A program made the position numbers and the translations under genes. The notes under the pieces were generated by a model, which was not told where the DNA came from, ran no database searches, and saw only the letters and a list, made by a program, of their open reading frames with translations. DNA of 64,000 bases from Corallochytrium limacisporum Hawaii (lineage: Eukaryota > Protista > Pluriformea). Each line of letters begins with the position of its first letter. The stretch's first letter is position 1. The DNA lies in the NCBI GenBank assembly GCA_002811645.1, contig PDIP01000030.1:32514-96513 (forward strand), read 5' to 3'. Of the stretch, positions 40,127 through 52,978 are shown piece after piece.

Positions 40127-43100
40127 CTTTGGATAGCAGCGAAATTCACTACCTTTCATAGAGAATAAACCATGAGCCGGTGTTCCGGTACCTTTTGTAC
40201 TGACCGCGACAAATCTGAGCTCACGGAGTCAAAGACCTCAATAATGGACTCCCGAGAACAGCAATTGGACTCCGGGCCTCAGCTTTCCGTAGCTTAGCGG
40301 CGCATCAAACGCCTGCTACAAGAAACGTGTTCTAGCATCCTAAACACGTCAAACGCTCTTTCCGACCAAACAACTGAAACACATCAGAGGATGGTCTCTT
40401 TGCTTATGCATACCTTTGAGCTTTCTTGCCTCCCTTGGCCGGGTTGGAACCGGTGCGTTCGTTGCTCTGTTCGTAGTTGCACAGAATCCGCCACATTGTT
40501 TTACAAAACAAGTAGAGCAGAGGACAATGCTGTCCACAAGCAATGTACCCCGTCCAAATGAAGCAGGCATCCCGACAGATTAACTCGCCTCCATAGCCAA
40601 TTGCACCTGAAGTCTGCGCTCAGTGCCGGTGTCGATGTTGTGTGGCTTGCTCATACCATCCACTACCATGTTTGTCACCTGCAACGCCTACTCCTGTCTC
40701 TTTGCGCCGCTGCTTCGGTAGGGGGCCCCGCTCTTGACACCATGTTCCGATGGTGTCATGGCCAAGAGTCTCTCCAGCACAGTAGGATCGTACCCACCCC
40801 TCGAACAAAGCATCGAAAAGGGGCATACCCCTTCGGACTCCTAGCCGAGAGCAAGCTTGATTTAGATCTCACAAAGATCAGAATGAAGACATGTGCGCTC
40901 AGGATCACAACGTGCAGGAGCATCCTATACATAACGGCCGATCCGTGTGTGTAGCCAAGCTGCGGCTCCTTAATCCCAAATTGTTTGGACGTTTGTGGAT
41001 CTTGGGCAGGTGACGCAAAAAGGAGCGGGACGACCAATAAGTTGGACCACCTGTGGTAGTGGAAGGAGCAAGACATAAGTCAAACTTGGAGATGTTCATA
41101 ACTTTTCCACTCACCAACTATTGATCTGCGACATCGTTACTGATGCATGCAGATGACTTCGGCAGGACCTAAACAGGTCTCGATATAGCCCAACTTCAGA
41201 TGACATGGTTCTGTTGCCTTGACAGATTAGAGTGTTTCTTCGTCTTCAGTCCCGCGAACTTGCGAATGGAATGGTCGTGGTGAAGATGATTAGGCAGTTG
41301 TAGCTAATCGATTTTGCCTTTGCCCAAAACAAAGCGCCCCGGGCTTCATAGCGGAGCAAGTAGGACGACCACAGCTTCACACCGCTGGCAGCCTGGCCAC
41401 CCACACCCTCAGTGTCAGAAAGGCCGCCAACTCCCGACTCGGCTTCCGAAGTCTCAATCAATTCAAAAGGGTCAGGTGCGAGTATCAACTGTTTCGATTG
41501 TGTCTCCTTGTCTGGTGTCCCTTTCGAATTCAAAATACGAGGGCCCCCCCCGTCATCTTTGTGTCTACTGCCGAGCCAGAAATGAAACTTAGCAAACAAT
41601 AAGTATGTCAGCTCCTGTGTCAGTAGCCCTCGGCCACAAGATTTGTTTCTTGGACCCCGCGGGTCCCGTGTTCGGGAACTGACCGGCACAAAAGACTACG
41701 GACTCGTACGGGTGGGGTTGTGGACCCAGAAACTGGGCTATCTTCCCTACGCACGGACTGTATGACTTTCTTCGTCGACTCCTATTGTCCCCTTCCGCCC
41801 ACTTCTCTGCGGCAAGAAGGATTGTCTTTGGCCTGGACAGATTACGAGACCTGGACGTCGTAGTGGCATAAGTTTTGGTTTCATCACAACTCCAAAGAAA
41901 CACTGGTGCATAGTGAGCGAGAGAAACGTTCTCAAAGAAAGGGTTAGTTGAATCCATCTACCCGAAACAGGCGATTAGATTTCCGTACTGGGAGTTCCCA
42001 TCCAAATTTTTAAGATCTGGAACTTCTGTCGGAGTGCTCCAGCAAGCCAACTATCAGTTCAGGAACTGAACTCCGAAGGGATCTCGCGACATTGTGGTCA
42101 GCACCGTGTGACGGAAGGCCCAAGGGGACAGCAGGAGCCTTCTCCAACAGATTGGAATGGACCGCCAGCTAGCTATGTAGCAATCATTTCATCATCAAAG
42201 TCATCACCCAACATCCAAGCTCGGCAATGTGATGCAAACAAGCTTTGGCATTTCTTGATGATGTCGAGATGGCATGGCTTGGTCGGGGGCTGCCAGGTTA
42301 CCCCACATTTCTCATGGCCAGCGGAGAACCTCACACACATTTTAGTAGGTACACATTGCCAAATATATTGCGAGAGATCCAGCTGCGCGTTCTCAAATCA
42401 AAATGCTGCCAACTGCCACACCCAACCGCTTACTCTGCTTCCGTTGGTCCCTCATCGTCTGGCGTACAAATCGTCATTAACCGTTCTTGCCATGCTGAAG
42501 CATCTTCGGTACCCTGTTTTTTTCCCTTTCGACGCCACAGTTTTAATGTCGACGCGGCAATAGAAGAGGATCCGCAGCCAGCGCTCTTTTGACCGCAGCC
42601 AGTCCTTGTTTTCTAATGTAGGAATCATCATCAAAACTAACAGCACAGACTTGTCGGTGTTGGGGGGTACTATAGCAATTTTTCTTGTGACGTCTTTTGC
42701 AGGCATTCCTTCGTTCCTCGTATTTATTGGATTTCATGCCAAAGTTTGAGGTGTGCGCACATCGCTAACCGTTGAGGTCCCGAGTGGAAAATTTCTACAC
42801 CGTTTTGTTTCAAATTCATGTATAAAATTCTTAGTTTCATGGGAGGTGTGCTTGCTCTAGAAACACGGTACGAAACACGCTTGCTCCTTTAATAGAAGGA
42901 CGAATGAATAGTATAATTTCATTCATATTAACAGTGGCCTACTCTGTTTCCCCTGTTGAAACGCGAAACCCGCAGCATCACACCTCCCACTACAACGAAG
43001 CATCTAGCATCATCCAACACATCCACCCCGTCGAAGGAAAAGTGTGCATCTTTCGCAATGGTGCATCACTCTGGCATCATCACTGACATCAAAACGTGCA

Positions 43101-46100
43101 TACAAGGAAGCAAGACTTCCATGTAGTCAATAAACTGCTGCGAACTTGCCTTGGACAAACTCACCATCTGGAACCGGCGCATGGTGGCTCGTAGTGGTAA
43201 GCATACAATGTACATTCTCTTCAGTCGGCATGTGTGGGATGCAATGATGTCAAATGCATGCTTGGGACACGCAGGTACGGTGAAACATCAGCAACGATAG
43301 ATGGAATTTGATGAAGTCCCTGTGTTGTGAAGATTCTTCTCGTACCCATGCGTATACACACTAAAGAAGAAACGCCTGCAGGATGTGTCGCGAAATGGAT
43401 ATAAGCGGGAAGAAAAGTGAAGGGAGTAGGTGGATATTGCTGGTGGATGAAAAAGAATTTTGTGATTTTTTCATGCCGCACACATGGTGTTGGCCCGCAG
43501 TTTCTCACATGGGCTCGTTCGTGTGTCCTCCTACCACTCTCGCACAAGGACAGAAGCTCATATTTGGCTATTTTCTTGGTGTGTATATGCCAATTATTAG
43601 GTCCTTCGGGGAGAATGCAATGATTAGGCATTGGATTTCTTTAGGGTTTAGCTAAATGTCTTCAGTTGGCTGTGTTCGCCAGAAGAGTTCGATATCGACA
43701 AACGAGAGATATGCCGGTGAGTATGACCAGGCAGCTGTTGATGTGAACACAGGCCACTGATTTGTCTTCACCGTCTGCGAAGGAAACACTCAAAGACTAA
43801 TCCTTCGAGTTTTGCCCTGAAACTTCTGATGAGCACTAAATGAAATACACCTTAAGAATTCAGCCCCCACAACTCATGTTCTCGACATCTAGCTCATGTG
43901 GCAATATGGTGGAGAAGCAGTTAAAGGAACAAGAGCAAATCTGCACTACACGAATACTTAGCGACCCGGGAGCAACATTCTCAGTACACGAAAGACTCTT
44001 GCACTCTCTTTGGCTTCACTGTGCCTTGGCACGGGTCACGAGGTAACACACTGCTTTCCTCCACTAAGAGAAATAATCTCGTCCGAATTCTCACCGGCGT
44101 GATATCTGTGCAACCACAGAAATATCTTTGAGGGTACGGCGCAGGACGAGAGCAAATACTCTTGATGGACATCCAGGGAAACAGCTGTAAGCAGTGAACG
44201 ATAGACTTGGTCGGTGAGAGCCAACTGGATGGGAGAGAATTTGTCTGTGCTCAGGGCTCAGGATCAGTTTTTTGCACAGTGCTCTAGTGATCCAATGCAT
44301 GCTTGAGGATGTTCGATGGGTTATGTGGGCATTTCAAAGGTTGAGAGAACCATAGTAGACCGGCAATGAAAATGCGTTCAACGAAGAGAGGACGTTCGCC
44401 GTTCATCAAACCTCCCAAACAGAACATCATCTCCCAAAGTTGGCAGGTTCTGATCCAGGAGAAGACACCGGCGGTAGGAACTGCTGGGCCATCAGAGTAC
44501 AAAACAATTTGTTGTTGACTGCAGACATTGCAAATTTTCGTCGGGTTGTTCTTCGGGAGGAAAACTGAGAAGAACAGACTTAGTCAACATAAGAGTACTG
44601 GTCATTGTTCAGTAAATAGGTGTATTGCAAGCTTCTCCACGATGAATTTTCGACTTCTCCCGCGTAACGGGAAGAGGAGAGCTAAGTGCATACCAACGCA
44701 CCGCACCCTTCCTTGGGGCCTCCTTCTCTTCTTCAACAGAACCAACTCGGTGGCCCGACTCTACCAACTTGGTCTTCCTGTTCTATATACCCCGCCCCAC
44801 GCGTTCCACGTTTTCGGTCCCCCCTAGGGATTAAATGTCATCAACTTTCCTTATTGACAAGGATCCTGCTGGAAACCACGAAAGCGTTCATTGAACATGG
44901 CTTGTGACCACCTGACTCAAGAAAATACGAGAAGAATTTAATGCAAAATCCATATAAAGTGCACAAACCGGTATCCTGGAAGATCAACAATTTTAGGAGC
45001 CAATTGTATCCCGATTCTCGTATTCATAAACGATAGGGTGAATGAGCGAAATGGGGCAACTACCATAACCTTCAAGGAGGAACAAGAAGCTGATAGTAAC
45101 AGACCAGGTCCGATACTTATTGGATCAAGTCCGGTTTATGAGCATCTCTCTTTGAAAGTATTTGCTTATATAGGTAGCTTCCTCCAGTGACTGTCCGTGG
45201 GCTTGTGCATTGATTTTAAGTTGGCGCGAGTCAATTCTGATACAACTCCATAGGCTCTTCGTCGATTAATCGTCCATCCATGCTGAGTCCTGCTTTACCG
45301 TGTGGTTTTGTCTTGGTCCACGAGGAGTGTCCAAAGCTGCAGCGGAAGTACGGAGAACAAAACAATGGAGCAACATCATTGAAAACTTGGTAAGACGCTT
45401 CGGTTTGTTTCTGTTGACTGATTCTCTGAAAGAGAGTTTCCCATGCGATCGCGCGTTTGTGGTTCTGTCTAGCAGCAATTTTCCTGTTGTATTGCTGACA
45501 ATTGCACTGGAAATCTGCATATGCGTAAGGAACAAACTGGCTGCGGCGACAAAATTGTAGTGCAATATTCCCTCAGGTTCTGCAGGCTACCAATTTCCCC
45601 TGCAAACCTCTACCCTTCCTTGTTTCCAATGGACAAGGATCAGAGCTGCCATAGATACTGCATGTAGTATATCCCCACGAAACGGAGCAAGGGGAAAGAT
45701 CGAATCCCATGCTACGCCCATGTTTCCGCACACGGCCAAAAAGTCCATCTTGAGAATGCGGTTGTGATGTCCACTGAAAGACAGACCTTCGGGACCGAGA
45801 CACCGGGGTGCGTGGGTGTGTGTGTATGTGTTTGACCGGAGGCATCTGGGCACAACTGTATTTGTGCAAGAATGCGGGGGCGTTCCGAAGTGAGCGTCTG
45901 AGAGCGCATGTCTGAGAGGCGCAACATCGGTGACAGTGTAGGGCAATATTCGTCCGCGACCACAAGCGCGTGCAGTCACGGACCCACACAGACGAATACC
46001 GGAGACCGGGGATACTACCAGGGATCTCTGGTCAGGGACATCCCAAGCTTGACATACATACAAAGTCCGCGGTGATAGACACAGACGACAACATGACAAT

Positions 46101-49100
46101 CCCATTTGTCTACGGGTGATTGTGGACGTCCACACCAACTCTTATAACACAAATCCGTACAATGCATAATGAAGGGAAACGCGAAGTAGGTCTGACTTCA
46201 GGCCAAAAGATTGAAGCGTCTTATGTGGGATCTTGGTCCCCAGCGAAGTTGGCGGAGTCGGCGAGCCAGCCCCTATGAAGCACTTTCTCCTGATTATATA
46301 CTCTGTATCTCCCTTCAATTTTTTCCGGATGATGACTTTCTACTTCTTGTTGACTGATACCCTCGCCCATTCTGTATGTATGTTCGGCTGATGGAATGTC
46401 TGAACATTGAGATACTGGTCCGGCCAGATCATCTATTATAAACCTACAAAAGTTCAAAGAGACATCGTGCAATATTTACAAAAAGGAAGAAAAACATAGT
46501 ACCGTCGATATCTGACGCCAACTAACGCCCAAACATGCGCTTGTATGGATTAAGAAGCGTGCTTGATTTCACATTAATTTCAAGCCAACCCAATAGAGAA
46601 GAACGATGAGTGACCATTCCTGATCCCACAGGGAGCTCCGCGGGGCAAGATCAACTACAAGCCGCCCCAACCAACTCGCAAACCTCGGAATTGTGTATCG
46701 GGTTTGCTATCTTCTTTACGCTCTCCGCTTTGCGTCTGGTTGCGTTACTGTGACGTAGAACGGGTTGCGAATATCAAGTCAATTACACAGACCAAGGACA
46801 ATTTGATGGAAGCACAGGCAATTTCCGTTCTCCGCGATCAGACATCTAGTTTGTGTGGGAGGTGCAAATGGCAACACAGCAACGGACTCCATCCAGCTGT
46901 CTCATTCACATGGCCGACCCTACAATAACTTAGTTTGGTGTAGATAATGATGTGCATAGTGTCAACTACACGTCGACACTTCATGTCCATTGAACAAAAG
47001 ATTCTGTTTACAGCAACCACAATACACACGGAATGACATTTTCGTCGAGTCCTAGGCATCCTCGTGCCCTTTTTCTATCCTCGGTTCTTCCCCTTTCTGT
47101 TCCACGATTGAAGCATGACTAACATAGTACCGGCACTCCTGTACGTATCCACAGAAACAGATGCCGATTACAACATTCTCAGAAACACTGTGATACAGCA
47201 TATGTGGCTCAACAAAATCGAGCACTTCACGACTTCCGGAACACACCCTCCCACTACTGAAGCGACTCTGTTGGATTCCCTGAAATTGTTTGAGCCCATG
47301 TAGTGTCCTTCCCATGTCTGAGAAGTGGTGGGACTTACAAACCACCAAAGACAGCATGGAAAGTCAAGTACTACTGGGATGTATCATGTCAGCTGATGAT
47401 GACGCTGGGAAGCAATATGGTAACATATTTCAACTATATGCCGGCTACAACTGTACTGAAGAATTGCGGGGAGTTTGGCATCATCTGCAGGGGTCGGCAA
47501 TGTCTTCGCGGTCTCTCAGTCCTGAGGAGAGCTTGTGAGAGCTTCATTGACTTTAAGGGATTTCTCCCAGTCTGTGACATTTGTGCCGCGCACAAGTGAA
47601 TGGACGAGACAGCGATGACTCTACCAGATTATATTTGTGCGAGTTTCTATATTTACAGAGACATTTATGTTGACAATCTTGGCAAGAAGCGTACATGGTG
47701 TTGGCGTTCCGCTTTTACTGCAGAGAACAAGAGGGAATACTTTGATCACCAATACATAAAGGATACGCTGATGAATTTAATATTGTCGGATACTACTTTA
47801 CTCCTCCTAAGTCAAACGGTTTACTTACCTCCAAATGTGTGAGAAGGGGACTGGAGGCCCTGCTCTTACGTTCGGAATGGTTTCAATCGGTCCGTTAAGA
47901 ATTCAAATAACGTGGTAGTGGCACGTCTTCTTCCGAGCTGCAGTGAAACAAATACACCGTGTGGACTGTCGTTGGTCTCTCCGTTTTCCTTTTCAAACTC
48001 ATGATAATGCCGAGGGTATCCCCTCCAGACACCTTCTATTTTTTATTGTATATTACAATTCAAGGCCGTATGGAGAACTCATATTTTCCAGACTAGGTCG
48101 TCCCGCATGGGGTGTTTGCCACGTACGTTCCACTCTCCCTCCCCCCCACACACGCATATTCCCTTATCTGTCACAGTTTTGATGTTATTGTTTGATGATT
48201 CCCCGAGTCGTGCAAACCGGTATCGCTTTACTGCCATCTTGACAATATTGTAAGAGTGTGTATGCGTGTGATGTGTGGGAGCGTTGGACGTCGACACTAC
48301 AAGAGCTGACATCCTTATGTAGCAAAGTCAGGCAACAACGTCTCGTAAAGAATTTTACTCCATGTGGGTGTATTGTATATATTCAATACCCTTATATCTA
48401 TTACCACCCCGAACCTTTAAATCTATTGCGGCACTATACAGCATCGCGGTCGGAGAGCGTCGGCTTCGAGTGAGACAAAGGGTGTGGATCTGTCTATGTA
48501 GTGCCATTGGCTGATTGTGTGGTGATGGGTATGAAGAAGAATGTGTCTGACCATCCTACTTGTTTCATGATGCTTTCTGCAGTCCTTATATAACTATTTT
48601 CTACATGCTCAGTATCTGAAAATACGTCTACTGTGTTACATACATAGCAAAAAGCCACTGTGCGTGGATGTCCATTCGGAGTGAAATGGTTCTCACACAT
48701 GCAGAGGATTGCGAGCAAAGTGAATCCTAAACATTGTACTATCCATTATCAGTATATCGCAAGAGTGGTGTTTACCAGAGGCAACGGCAAGAGGGGTACG
48801 AAACGGAAGACGTCAAACTGACCCTGTGTTTGTTTTCATATTAGCACACTGCAAACTTTTTTTTCAAACTGTGGTGGGGGGAGAAGGGGAGGGGCGGTGT
48901 TTCCACACTCCCAACGACGCCCTCCATGACCAGGGCCCTCACTTCTTTGTTCCAGCCTAAATGTTAGCCTTTCGGTATATAGAACGACTGACTGCTTATC
49001 CAAATACCAAAACCAAAACCGACAATACTCTCATGCGCTCGTGGATATAACAAAGCCCGAAAGGGGACACCGAACCGCACAGGAAGGACGCGAACAAGAA

Positions 49101-49259
49101 CTGCACACCCCCGTAATCTATATCTCCCTCCTCTGCACCCGTACACTTACATACACTTTCTCTATTCCAATAGAATGATAGGTTCCAGTCTCTGAAAGTG
49201 GACGTTTCAAATTCAAAGGGTGTGGTTTTTTTTGTATCATACACAGGGCCAAGAGGAAA

Positions 49260-49313
49260 AAGACCAGCCGTAGCCTGAAGACCAGCCGTGGCCTGAAGAC
49301 CAGCCGTGGCCTG
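49260..49313 (+). repeat. 18-bp tandem repeat, 3 copies (AAGACCAGCCGTRGCCTG)
   Basis: aagaccagccgtagcctg aagaccagccgtggcctg aagaccagccgtggcctg. Confidence 0.95.
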
Positions 49314-50715
49314 TACTCTGCACACTATGACACATTTAAGTTCGGACAAGTCTGTCCTTATTTTGACCTAGTCGTGCAATTTTTGGGATTTTCACTGGTT
49401 GCCGACATTCCCCCGCCCCCTCGGCCTATCTCATTTGGGAGTCCGGGGTTAGCTGACCGTGAATGCTTGCTCGGGGACCAGCCCATGTATTTGTGGACGA
49501 GCGCTGTAGTTGCCAAGAGAATACTCTTCACCTCGGCAAACTCCCAGAGGGTACGAATGCTGCTAGGGGGATACCTAGCGCAAAGTGGAAAGCCGCAACA
49601 GGAGCAAAGTGACAGGTTTTTGAAAAAGGTTTTTGACGGGTATGCTCGGGCTCCGTGACCTTCTGTTGTTGGTTTGGTAACTGTTGAGAAGTAAATTTTA
49701 CCATGTCCACAATTTCGGGCCTCGTGGCTATAGTTCTATAAGAGACCAGCAGTGGTAGTGTGACGCAAATTTCAATTCAAGTCTTCTGAACGAAGTGTTC
49801 ACTAATGGGTTGGCCCCGTAGGTAGATGGTATCGCAATTTTTGTGAGCTCTAAGCAATAGTGTTTGACTCTGTGAAAGAGGTTTGACACAAACAAACGGT
49901 CTGCCGCTGTCGTCCACAGGTTGAGATACATTGAAGGTTGGTGCCATTGTGCTCAAGAATGATATCCATTGATGGGCACCCAGCTAGTGTGGTCGATGTG
50001 GTTGTACTAGTATTTGGAGGTCTATTGGTGATCACTGGATCAGGGTGCAATAGGGCGTGGCGATCATCAGCATCACTACCAATCTTCTCTAATTGAACGT
50101 AAAACCAACGAAGGATGGATATGTTGATGATCATATTAAATATACATGCTGGGGATGGATGCTGGACATCACAAAACACACGCGCAAGGAGAGGCATTGT
50201 GACTGCATGATTGGTAAAGGCGAAGTAAACAAATCTATAAGACGGTAACCCAAACAAGGTCTCTTACGATGACGGATATATGTGTTCAGAGCTGCGTAAA
50301 AAGGAGAATATCAGAAAACGGGACGAAGACGAAAGAGTGATTTACGCTCGCGCCATCCACCCAAGCCGGATGAATGAAGCGACGAATAAGGGCCCGGGCT
50401 GACGGTCTAATTCCTGTGGTGGAGACGTCTCCTAGACTTTTTTCTGGCGGTGTGATCAGTTTTAAGTTTCCGTTTTTGTCGTTTGTCACTTTATGGTCAC
50501 CCTCTGTTTACAACCCCCGTATTGGTCTAACCAAGGATAGAGTGCGTGATGGTCCCATGCTCTTCTGTAAACCTTCGTCGTCGTCTCCGGTGGATTGTTT
50601 CCACTTGCATTCACTTCGTGAGCAATTGTTCGGATTGTCTCCTCCGCCCCTCACTTCGTTTGTTCTCTCCATGCCTGTCTGAAGCGAGAGGTTGGGGGGG
50701 GGGGGGGGGAGGGGG

Positions 50716-50953
50716 NNNNNNNNNNNNNNNNNNNNNNNNNNNNNNNNNNNNNNNNNNNNNNNNNNNNNNNNNNNNNNNNNNNNNNNNNNNNNNNNNNNNN
50801 NNNNNNNNNNNNNNNNNNNNNNNNNNNNNNNNNNNNNNNNNNNNNNNNNNNNNNNNNNNNNNNNNNNNNNNNNNNNNNNNNNNNNNNNNNNNNNNNNNNN
50901 NNNNNNNNNNNNNNNNNNNNNNNNNNNNNNNNNNNNNNNNNNNNNNNNNNNNN
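50716..50953. other. Assembly gap flanked by a G-run on the left and C-runs on the right
   Basis: Run of N. Confidence 1.
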
Positions 50954-51859
50954 CCTCCCCCTCCCCCCCCCGCCCTTTTTCCACTCACCCTCCGCCGGAG
51001 AGGCGGCCACCTCACCGTCAGCTCCTCCCTCCCCCTCCCCACTTCCCGGGGGAATGCCGCACCAGAGGGCAGCAGGGGGAAGCAAAACGAGCCAATGAAC
51101 GCGGAGGGTGGGTAGGAGAGAGAGAGCTGGCGGAGGTGGACCCCCCCCCGGGGCGGGGGGAAGGAACACATTTTTTTCTTTCTTTTTCATAGCACGGCCA
51201 CCTCTCACAAACACAGCCGGGAACTCTCTCAACAGACGACGGTTCAGTGTATAAACTCCGGCCTCAGCCAGAAGAAAACCAGCACTACGGGCGCAAAGTT
51301 GCGGGGCTCAGCGGCACCAGTGTGTAAAAAAACCATTCAGGGCTTTGGCTTCTTCCGCAGGGAGAGAGGGGACCCGACAGAAGGAAAAAAGACAAAAATG
51401 GCTGTATCAAATTCATGCGACAGAAGAAAATTTTGAAAGGGAGGATGAGGAGGGCGAAAAACACACACGTACAACGGAACTGGAGAGGTGGGGAACGAAT
51501 TACTGCGGTGCGTGAGTGCGCAACAACGTTTTTACTTTTCAGGGACATCCCCCCCCCGGCAAAGAAAAGTGTGTGTGTGTGTCAAAGATCAGGGTTCCGG
51601 AGGTCTCGACCAATGTCAGAAGCACTTTCGCGTCTTGTGCGCTCAAGTGTCGCCATCCCCCTTTTCACCCCACATTCATCATTTTTATTGCCTTTCCCCC
51701 TTTTCCCGTGGATTTTGATGCAATAATGAACGGCGTGTCTCAAATTGGTGTGCATAGGGATATGCGAACGGGTGTGGTAACCGAAAGATATATAAAGCAT
51801 ATAGGATCAGGTACATGAATGAGCTTTTCTTGCAAGGTACCTTGTAGAAGCAAGTCAAA

Positions 51860-52354
51860 ATGTGCCAAGGACCGTACACGTACAATCCGGCTCAGACCGC
51901 CTCTGCCTCCACTTACAACATGGACTCCAAGTCGGAAGAAGCAAAGAAGGAAGAACGCCTGCAGAAGAACCGGGAGGCAGCCAAACTTTGTCGCGCCAAG
52001 AAGAAAGAGTATGTGAAATGCCTTGAGGATCGAGTTAAGAAGCTCGAAAACTTGAACCTCGCCTTAATTGCTGAACTGCGCACTGCCCGCCAGGAAGTTA
52101 CCCAGATGCGCCAGCAGATGGATGGTGTCCAGTCTGCCCCTCATCCTGGCCCCCCTGGCATGCACAAGCACCAAGTGCCCGTACACCCCGGAGACCCGCA
52201 CATTGTAGGACCGTACTCAACGCCGTCCGCAAGGAGCTGGGATGTCGAGCAAATAACCTCCGGATCAAACCCGCAACTGTATGGAGCCCCTCTTGGACAG
52301 CCTGTTGGTGGCGCTAACACCGAAAAATATCAACATTCTCCTTTTCTCAAGTAA
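51860..52354 (+). CDS. CREB: CREB/ATF1/CREM-family bZIP transcription factor without a KID domain, 164 aa
   Basis: RLQKNREAAKLCRAKKKEYVKCLEDRVKKLENLNLALIAEL versus CREB1 RLMKNREAARECRRKKKEYVKCLENRVAVLENQNKTLIEEL. Confidence 0.9.
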   Translation: MCQGPYTYNPAQTASASTYNMDSKSEEAKKEERLQKNREAAKLCRAKKKEYVKCLEDRVKKLENLNLALIAELRTARQEVTQMRQQMDGVQSAPHPGPPGMHKHQVPVHPGDPHIVGPYSTPSARSWDVEQITSGSNPQLYGAPLGQPVGGANTEKYQHSPFLK

Positions 52355-52537
52355 TTCATCATAACATAGTCATATTACATATTTAATCCATGTGTACATA
52401 ACCTTCTGTGTAATGGTCAGTGTCATGCCTCCATGCGAGCTGCGACGACCATGAGCGGTGCGTGCATGTGAACTAATGTCACATAAAGGCTAGACATGCA
52501 CCATAAAGATATGCTAGTCATACCGAACGTAGAGTCT

Positions 52538-52978
52538 TCATGAAGGCTTCCATTCCTCGGGTTCGAAATCTGTTCCTTTCTTGCGCTGCCTGGTCAGCTC
52601 CATATTTTTGTTTGTCTGATACTTGGGCATGGCAGCATGGACTTGTTCCTCCACATTGGTAGCACCTGGCCCAAGAGCAGCTAATTCCTCAGCTTTCAAG
52701 CGTTCCACATTATCAGCCATCTTTTGTTTCCGAGCGACGTCTTGGTTAAGCTCTTGCACAGAAGGAGGTTCTTGTCTCGACCTGCGCAACCACTGTTCCC
52801 ACTGGAATGGAATATCAGGCTGTGTGAAATCCGGGCTACCATCCGGCAGGTCATATCCGCGCTTTTCTCTGCCACCTTCCATGTACTTGTAATAAATTAT
52901 TCCTTGCAGATCCTCTCCAACAATTTCTCTTTTTGGGCGGAACATGCCGCCAAGAGCTACTGCAGCACGGCGCAGCAT
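52538..52978 (-). CDS. NDUFAF2: NDUFA12-family complex I assembly factor (NDUFAF2/mimitin-like)
   Basis: VGEDLQGIIYY, IPFQWEQWLRRSRQEPPSVQEL, C-terminal FEPEEWKP. Confidence 0.8.
   Translation of the reverse strand: MLRRAAVALGGMFRPKREIVGEDLQGIIYYKYMEGGREKRGYDLPDGSPDFTQPDIPFQWEQWLRRSRQEPPSVQELNQDVARKQKMADNVERLKAEELAALGPGATNVEEQVHAAMPKYQTNKNMELTRQRKKGTDFEPEEWKPS

Noticed and set aside
43826-43846. CTGATGAG...GAAA resembling a hammerhead ribozyme core
   Set aside because: Stem II cannot form (gcactaaat) and no stems I/III are evident.
46500-51100. CRE half-sites (TGACG/CGTCA) upstream of the CREB-like gene as autoregulatory elements
   Set aside because: No full TGACGTCA seen, and 5-mer half-sites at this density are expected by chance.
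50508-51232. ORFs spanning the N gap (also 60893-61990)
   Set aside because: Artefacts of translating through N runs.
16791-52978. Co-occurrence of respiratory-chain genes NDUFS3, SCO1 and NDUFAF2
   Set aside because: Large gene class, spaced more than 12 kb apart with unrelated genes between; compatible with chance.
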